A DNA stretch of 64,000 nucleotides. Origin: Deltaproteobacteria bacterium (lineage in GTDB: Bacteria > Myxococcota_A > Polyangia > Fen-1088). The stretch is taken from the NCBI GenBank assembly GCA_016935975.1, contig JAFGPX010000176.1, positions 6,372 to 70,371 on the forward strand. Direction: 5' to 3'. Positions 60,401-64,000 of this stretch are shown one piece after another. A model generated the notes under the pieces. That model ran no database searches and was not told where the DNA came from. It saw nothing but the letters and a program-made list of their open reading frames with translations. Position 1 is the stretch's first letter. Every line of letters begins with the position of its first letter. A program made the position numbers and the translations under genes.

Positions 60401-60564
60401 TGCGGCGGCTGGCCTTGCACCGGCAGCGCCACCACTACCGGCAACGCGAGCCCATCGAAAAGGCGCTGGCAGCGGCCGGGTTTTCCGCCAGCCTGGTCGA
60501 GCCCACGGCCCCGGGCCGCGAGGAAACCTGGTTCGTCGGCGCGGCGGGCGAGGGGAGCGCGTAG
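57487..60564 (+). CDS. MMPL/RND-superfamily 'predicted exporter' (COG4258-like) fused to a C-terminal class I SAM-dependent methyltransferase domain
   Basis: The ATG at 57487 overlaps the GT2 end by 11 nt. Two blocks of ~5-6 TM helices are separated by soluble loops, as in MMPL-type exporters. The last ~230 aa carry methyltransferase motif I (RVLDIGCGFGIAAAW) and post-I/II-like segments (IVALEPD, VLCLDVIHYL, GGKLVLR). Confidence 0.75.
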   Translation: MARERTLRWPVLLVACAATGLLAWAGQRRLRIDTDITSAVPAGNRAFESARQVLSRHSTLDKVAVNLSLRDGRADPSALLAAGDALAAALERSGLFISVGTAAAAAGLTELYADLPARLPLLFSADQLAEQVGPRLDKAAVAARLQALAAEAAELAGIGAAGRVAEDPLGLGDLALARLGELVPTEQARIEKGHVLDGEGRNLLVTATPRAGTRDTQACHAIDDVLRDLARRFAAAPAGEPGHGVLLTAVGGYRATIDNETLVTDDANQAILAATIGIALLLLLCFPRPWLGVFALLPALAGGCLALFFYTLFENDISALALGFGGALISITVDQGVVYLLFVDRQKKTAGRRAAHEVFSIGSLSTLVNIGSFLALRLTGFRVLGQIGLFAALGILFSYLFVHLVFPHIFPAVPAAKRAPWVPVDEFLRRITVGRGWRALVVAAVLFAVGLGFARPTFLVDLAAMNTVRAETAADEARVRAVWGDIFHRLYVLIDAGNEADFARKSDAWLALLEREKAGEVVARGFSPSMLDPGSARASANARAWVSFWTPERVAALGESLRAGAEQAGFSADAFAPFLARLSAPAPREQAMTVGERALFGIEPGRDGKGLVWLANVVPGPRYAAESFAAQAQQAGLYVFDGASFSATLAMFLAESFRLMLVVVVGFVAVSVFLFFLDLRVAAIALLPLGFSFVMTMATLHVAGRPIDIVGLILSVLIFGMGVDYSFSFVRVYQRCLDEHHPSHGPVRTAIFLAASATMVGMVTMAFAEHNVTRSAGILASLAIGYCAVGAYVFLPPLLRRLFAPRPLLPPDRERPERWVRQRFSRLGAYPRLFARFKMRLDPMFDRISELLPEQGRVLDIGCGFGIAAAWTLARSADVRIVALEPDEDRAGIARFVLGERGEVRVGAAPDALPEVDAAAVLCLDVIHYLDDEALARTLAHARRCLQPGGKLVLRATVPGKGRTPFYRWFEMRRLALHRQRHHYRQREPIEKALAAAGFSASLVEPTAPGREETWFVGAAGEGSA

Positions 60565-60569
60565 GTCGC

Positions 60570-61487
60570 ATGTTCTACCGCTTGCTCGTTCGGCTCTCGC
60601 GCCTCGTCGGGCTTTGGCTCGTGCGCGTGTCGGCCGCCATCATCGCGGCTGGCTACTTCGTGCTGCTCCCCGGCCGGCGCAGGGCAAGCGTCACCTTTTA
60701 TCGCGCGCTCTTCCCCGAGCGTTCGCCTCGCTTCGCCCTCGCCTGCGCCTGGCGGCAGTATCAAGATTTCGCGCGGCTGTACACCGAGCGCCTGGAGATC
60801 GAGCGACGCGCGGACATCCGCTTCGAGAGCGAGGGCGAAGAGCCCCTGGCCGAGGTGCGGGCGGCCGGCCTGGGCGCCATCCTGCTCATGTCGCACTTCG
60901 GCCGCTGGGAGATCGGCGCGCGCCTGTTTGGCAAGCGGCACCCCGGGCTGACCCTGGTCATGGGCGGGCTCGGGGCGGGCGGGGCGCGCGGCGGCGTGGA
61001 CGAAGCTCTGCGCCTGGCCGGCGTCGACGTGGTGACCGTGGCGGACGGTCAGGGCCAGCCCGTCGACATCCTGCAGGCGGTGCAAGGCCTGCGCAAAGGC
61101 GGCGTGGTGTCGCTGGCCGCGGATCGCGCCTACGGCGACGCCCGCATGCTGTATCTGCCGTTCTTGGGCCAGAGGGTCGCGGTCACGGCCGCGCCCTTTG
61201 CCCTGGCCCTGGCCAGCCACGCGCCGCTTTTCATCGTCTTCGCCGTCAAGCTCGGCCCTCGTCACTACCGCTTCACCTGCGACCCGCCCATGCTTCTCCG
61301 CGCGCCGACGCGCGAAGACCGCGAGAAGGTGATGGAGCAGGCCGCAACCAGGTATCTGCAGCGGCTACACGAGATGGCTCGCGCCCACCCCGAGCAATGG
61401 CAGACCTTCGGCGAGTTCCTCGTCCCCTCGCCCCACGAGCAGCCTCCGGTCCCCTCGCCCCGCGCAGCGGGGAGAGGGCTAGGGTGA
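60570..61487 (+). CDS. LpxL/HtrB-like lysophospholipid (lipid A biosynthesis-type) acyltransferase
   Basis: The N-terminus has a TM helix. The catalytic HX4E motif is in LLMSHFGRWE. Length (~305 aa) fits PF03279-type enzymes. The last ~20 codons (PSPHEQPPVPSPRAAGRGLG) read into a REP-like hairpin element. Confidence 0.75.
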   Translation: MFYRLLVRLSRLVGLWLVRVSAAIIAAGYFVLLPGRRRASVTFYRALFPERSPRFALACAWRQYQDFARLYTERLEIERRADIRFESEGEEPLAEVRAAGLGAILLMSHFGRWEIGARLFGKRHPGLTLVMGGLGAGGARGGVDEALRLAGVDVVTVADGQGQPVDILQAVQGLRKGGVVSLAADRAYGDARMLYLPFLGQRVAVTAAPFALALASHAPLFIVFAVKLGPRHYRFTCDPPMLLRAPTREDREKVMEQAATRYLQRLHEMARAHPEQWQTFGEFLVPSPHEQPPVPSPRAAGRGLG

Positions 61488-61592
61488 GGGGGATCGGACT
61501 TGCGGAACGAGCCGCCATTGCCTCAGGAACGCGGGCTTCCCCTCACCCGCCGACGCAGACGTCGGCGGCCTCTCCCCGACGGGGAGAGGCTC
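61452..61592. repeat. Cluster of GC-rich REP-like hairpins
   Basis: Hairpin 1: CCCTCGCCCCGC-GCA-GCGGGGAGAGGG (11/12 bp). Long-range pair: GGGTGAGGGG with CCCCTCACCC. Hairpin 2: GCCGACG-CAGA-CGTCGGC. Hairpin 3: GCCTCTCCCC-GAC-GGGGAGAGGC (perfect 10 bp stem). Confidence 0.7.
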
Positions 61593-61889
61593 GGATCCTG
61601 GCCACGACCAACACCTTGAAAGAGCTGCCCTTTCAGGATCCCCATTACCATGTCTAGCCCGCCACCCTTCTCCGGAGATGAGGCAGTCTGTCCGACGATC
61701 CTCGTCGGTGACGCAATCGTGGTGAACAATGCGGGCTAGCGCGGCCGGTGAGGGGGCGCGCGACTTCCCGGTCAAATCCCGCCCCTTGCCGCGTCTTTCG
61801 AGAAAGCGAATGGTGCCTGCATCGCAGGGAGCGAAATCCGATAGAGTGCCAAGCATGCCCACAACAGCGGTCCGGAAAGGCGGTGCCCG

Positions 61890-64000
61890 ATGAGTTGGCG
61901 ATCGCGGCCGGTATTCGTGAGCGGGACCTTCCGCGACATGCACGAGGAGCGGGATCTGCTGGCGGCACGCGCGTTCCCCGAGCTGGGGGAGAAGCTGGCG
62001 GAGCACTACACGCTCCTGGAAAGGGTCGACCTGCGCGTGGGCGTCGAGACGGGCGGGCTGGACGACGATCACGCCAAGCAAGAACTGGTTCTGAAGGTCT
62101 GCCTGGAGGATGTGCGGCGCTGCCGGCCGTTCCTGATTGTCCTCGTCGGCGACCGCTACGGCTGGGTGCCGCCGCCGGCGCGGGCGCGGGCGGCCGTCGA
62201 GGAGGCGGGGTTCCGGACGGCCATCGAAGGCAAGAGCGTCACGGCCCTGGAGATCGAGTTCGGCTTGCTCGGCGACCCCGACCAGCAAACGCGCAGCCGG
62301 ATCTACTTCCGCAAGCTCGACTACGCGGGCATGGACGAAGCCGATGCCATCGTCTACAGCGACGAGCGCGCGGCGGTTTCCACGCTGGTGTCGCCCGAGG
62401 AGCGCGCCCGGGCCGCGGCGCGGGCGGCGGCGCTGGAAGCATTGAAGCGACGGCTGCGCGACGATCCCGTCCTGGGCCCGCGCTGTCGCGACTATGGCGC
62501 CAGATGGGATCCGGTCGCCAAGAGGGTGGCGGGGCTGGGGGCTTTCGTCGCCGACGTGCTCCGCGATGTCTTGCCCGAGATGATCGCGGAGGCGAGGGAG
62601 CAGGTCGCCGCCGCCAAGGCCGGCAGACTGCCCTCGGCGCTGGAACAGTTCGTCGGCGAGAGGGCGCGCGGCTTCAGGGGACGAGCGAGCGTGGTCGCGC
62701 GGCTGTGCGCGCGCGCCACGGAGACCGGCGACGCCGAGACGCGCGGGTGGGTGCTGGCGGGTCCCTCGGGCGGCGGCAAGAGCGCCGTCTTCGCGCGCGT
62801 TTTCGAAGAGCTGACGAAGCCCGGGGGGCCGGACATCTGGCTGCTCGCGCACGCGGCGGGCATCGATCCACGGTCGATTTCGGTGGTGAGCTTGCTCGAG
62901 GACTGGGTCGCGGTTCTGGCCGGCAAGCTGGGCGTGCCGGATCCGCTCGCGGTCGCGGGCGCCGAGAGGCGTCCGAAAGCAGAAGAAGCGTTCGGGGATC
63001 TCCTGGCCCAGGCCGCGAGAAACAGGCGCGTCGTGCTTCTCCTCGACGCCCTCGATAGGTTCGAACGGACGTCGCAGGCCGAACATCTTACCTGGCTGCC
63101 CGGGCAGCTCCCCGGGAACGTGCGTGTGATCGCGACCGCGGTCACCGGACCCGAGACCGCGGCGCTGGCCCGGCGGCCGGACTTCGCCGTCTGGCCGCTG
63201 GCCGCGCTCGACAAGGACGAAGCCCGCGAGATCGCCCAGAGCGTCTACGATCGCTACCATCGCCAGCCGAACCGGGACGCGGTTCGCGCGTTGCTCGACA
63301 AGCCCGGGCCGGACGGCGCGCCCGCCCACGGCAACGCCCTGTGGTTGGTGTCGGCGCTGGAAGAGCTGAACCTCTTGGACGGCGACGACTTCCGGCGCGC
63401 CGAGGCCGGCCAGGCGGCGACGGACGAAGAGCGCCTGCACGCGATGGTCGTCGCCGAGGCGGCCGCCATGCCCGGGGATGTCGAGGGGCTGTACGGCCGC
63501 ATCTTCGAACGGGCCGGCCGGCGGGTTTCGGACGATCCCGGCGAAGGCAGGGCCCTGGCGCGGGCTTTCGCCGTGGCCATCGCGCTATCGCGCGGCGGCT
63601 TGCGCGAGCGGGATCTGGCGGCGTTGATTCCCGGGGTCGCGCGCGTTCTCGATGCGTCGGCCCGGCCCCTTCCATGGGATGCCCTCGCCTTCGCGTCCCT
63701 GCGCCGCGCCCTGCGCGCGCACCTGGTTCGTCGAGGCGTCGATGACCGCTGGGATTTCCACCACCGCCAGGCGCGAGCGGCCGCCGAACGTGCGTTTCTG
63801 CCCGACGCCGGGCTGGCGCGGCAGATCCACGGGCTGGTCGCCGATCACCTGCTCGCGCTGCCGCCGGACGACCCCCTGCGCGAGGGCGAGGTCATGCACC
63901 ACCTGATCCAGGGCGACGCGCGCGCGAAAGCCGCGCGCCTCTTCGCGGGCCAATTGACCCCCGGGGGGCTCGCGGGCTGCCGGGAGACCCTGGCCAAGCA
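61890..64000 (+). CDS. DUF4062-like N-terminal domain fused to a STAND/NACHT-like P-loop NTPase (3' end outside window)
   Basis: This ORF is not in the supplied track because no stop occurs before the window end. An in-frame TAG lies at 61842-61844 and the first ATG is 61890. My translation begins MSWRSRPVFVSGTFRDMHEERDLLAARAFPEL...FLIVLVGDRYGWVP. Walker A is GWVLAGPSGGGKSAVF (~62757-62783). Walker B is RRVVLLLDALDRF (~63026-63060). A helical region is still open at nt 64000. Confidence 0.8.
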   Translation, partial: MSWRSRPVFVSGTFRDMHEERDLLAARAFPELGEKLAEHYTLLERVDLRVGVETGGLDDDHAKQELVLKVCLEDVRRCRPFLIVLVGDRYGWVPPPARARAAVEEAGFRTAIEGKSVTALEIEFGLLGDPDQQTRSRIYFRKLDYAGMDEADAIVYSDERAAVSTLVSPEERARAAARAAALEALKRRLRDDPVLGPRCRDYGARWDPVAKRVAGLGAFVADVLRDVLPEMIAEAREQVAAAKAGRLPSALEQFVGERARGFRGRASVVARLCARATETGDAETRGWVLAGPSGGGKSAVFARVFEELTKPGGPDIWLLAHAAGIDPRSISVVSLLEDWVAVLAGKLGVPDPLAVAGAERRPKAEEAFGDLLAQAARNRRVVLLLDALDRFERTSQAEHLTWLPGQLPGNVRVIATAVTGPETAALARRPDFAVWPLAALDKDEAREIAQSVYDRYHRQPNRDAVRALLDKPGPDGAPAHGNALWLVSALEELNLLDGDDFRRAEAGQAATDEERLHAMVVAEAAAMPGDVEGLYGRIFERAGRRVSDDPGEGRALARAFAVAIALSRGGLRERDLAALIPGVARVLDASARPLPWDALAFASLRRALRAHLVRRGVDDRWDFHHRQARAAAERAFLPDAGLARQIHGLVADHLLALPPDDPLREGEVMHHLIQGDARAKAARLFAGQLTPGGLAGCRETLAK

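Overview
The window is very GC-rich (about 70% by eye) and gene-dense, with no rRNA, tRNA, CRISPR array or transposase that I could see. The gene content points to a Myxococcota-like chromosome: many lipoproteins, Cys-rich secreted proteins, Gly/Thr-rich 'TGGATGTGG' linkers, c-di-GMP and ECF signalling. That taxonomic call is inference only.

I support about 45 CDSs, in this order:
- The 3' end of a REC-REC-HPt phosphorelay protein, translationally coupled to a REC-GGDEF cyclase.
- A minus-strand operon of three secreted proteins; two share an N-terminal Cys-knot motif and flank an LVIVD beta-propeller.
- A PhzF / SDR / steroid-5-alpha-reductase-like operon.
- A LamG lipoprotein.
- A periplasmic cell-wall block: thioester alpha-2-macroglobulin -> PbpC -> YkuD L,D-transpeptidase. 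It is flanked by two paralogous modules (PBP-transpeptidase, TPR-like membrane protein, Cys-rich lipoprotein) and an FHA-GGDEF cyclase.
- TatD and a degenerate adenylate-forming enzyme.
- A UbiA-family prenyltransferase.
- An ECF sigma factor, a vWA-like lipoprotein and two giant tandem TPR/DUF3857/transglutaminase-like paralogs. The second has lost the catalytic Cys and Asp.
- A CheY-like regulator and a lower-GC islet with a Cys-less HesB-like gene.
- Gluconolactonase-like, glycoside-hydrolase, metallophosphoesterase and CoA-binding genes.
- trpE-G-D-C, a PL3 pectate lyase, asd and thiM.
- An aryl-polyene-like lipid module: KAS, GT2, an exporter fused to a methyltransferase, and an LpxL-like acyltransferase.
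- A DUF4062-STAND (NACHT-like) NTPase that runs off the 3' end and is absent from the supplied ORF track.

Non-coding highlights are a family of about 120-200 bp palindromic intergenic repeats (3 full copies and 2 half sites), a cluster of GC-rich REP-like hairpins, and a possible THI-box-like leader upstream of thiM.

Most long ORFs on the opposite strand of these genes are GC-driven shadow ORFs. The first 'M' in the ORF track is sometimes a GTG or TTG codon, so several starts were re-assigned by reading the DNA.
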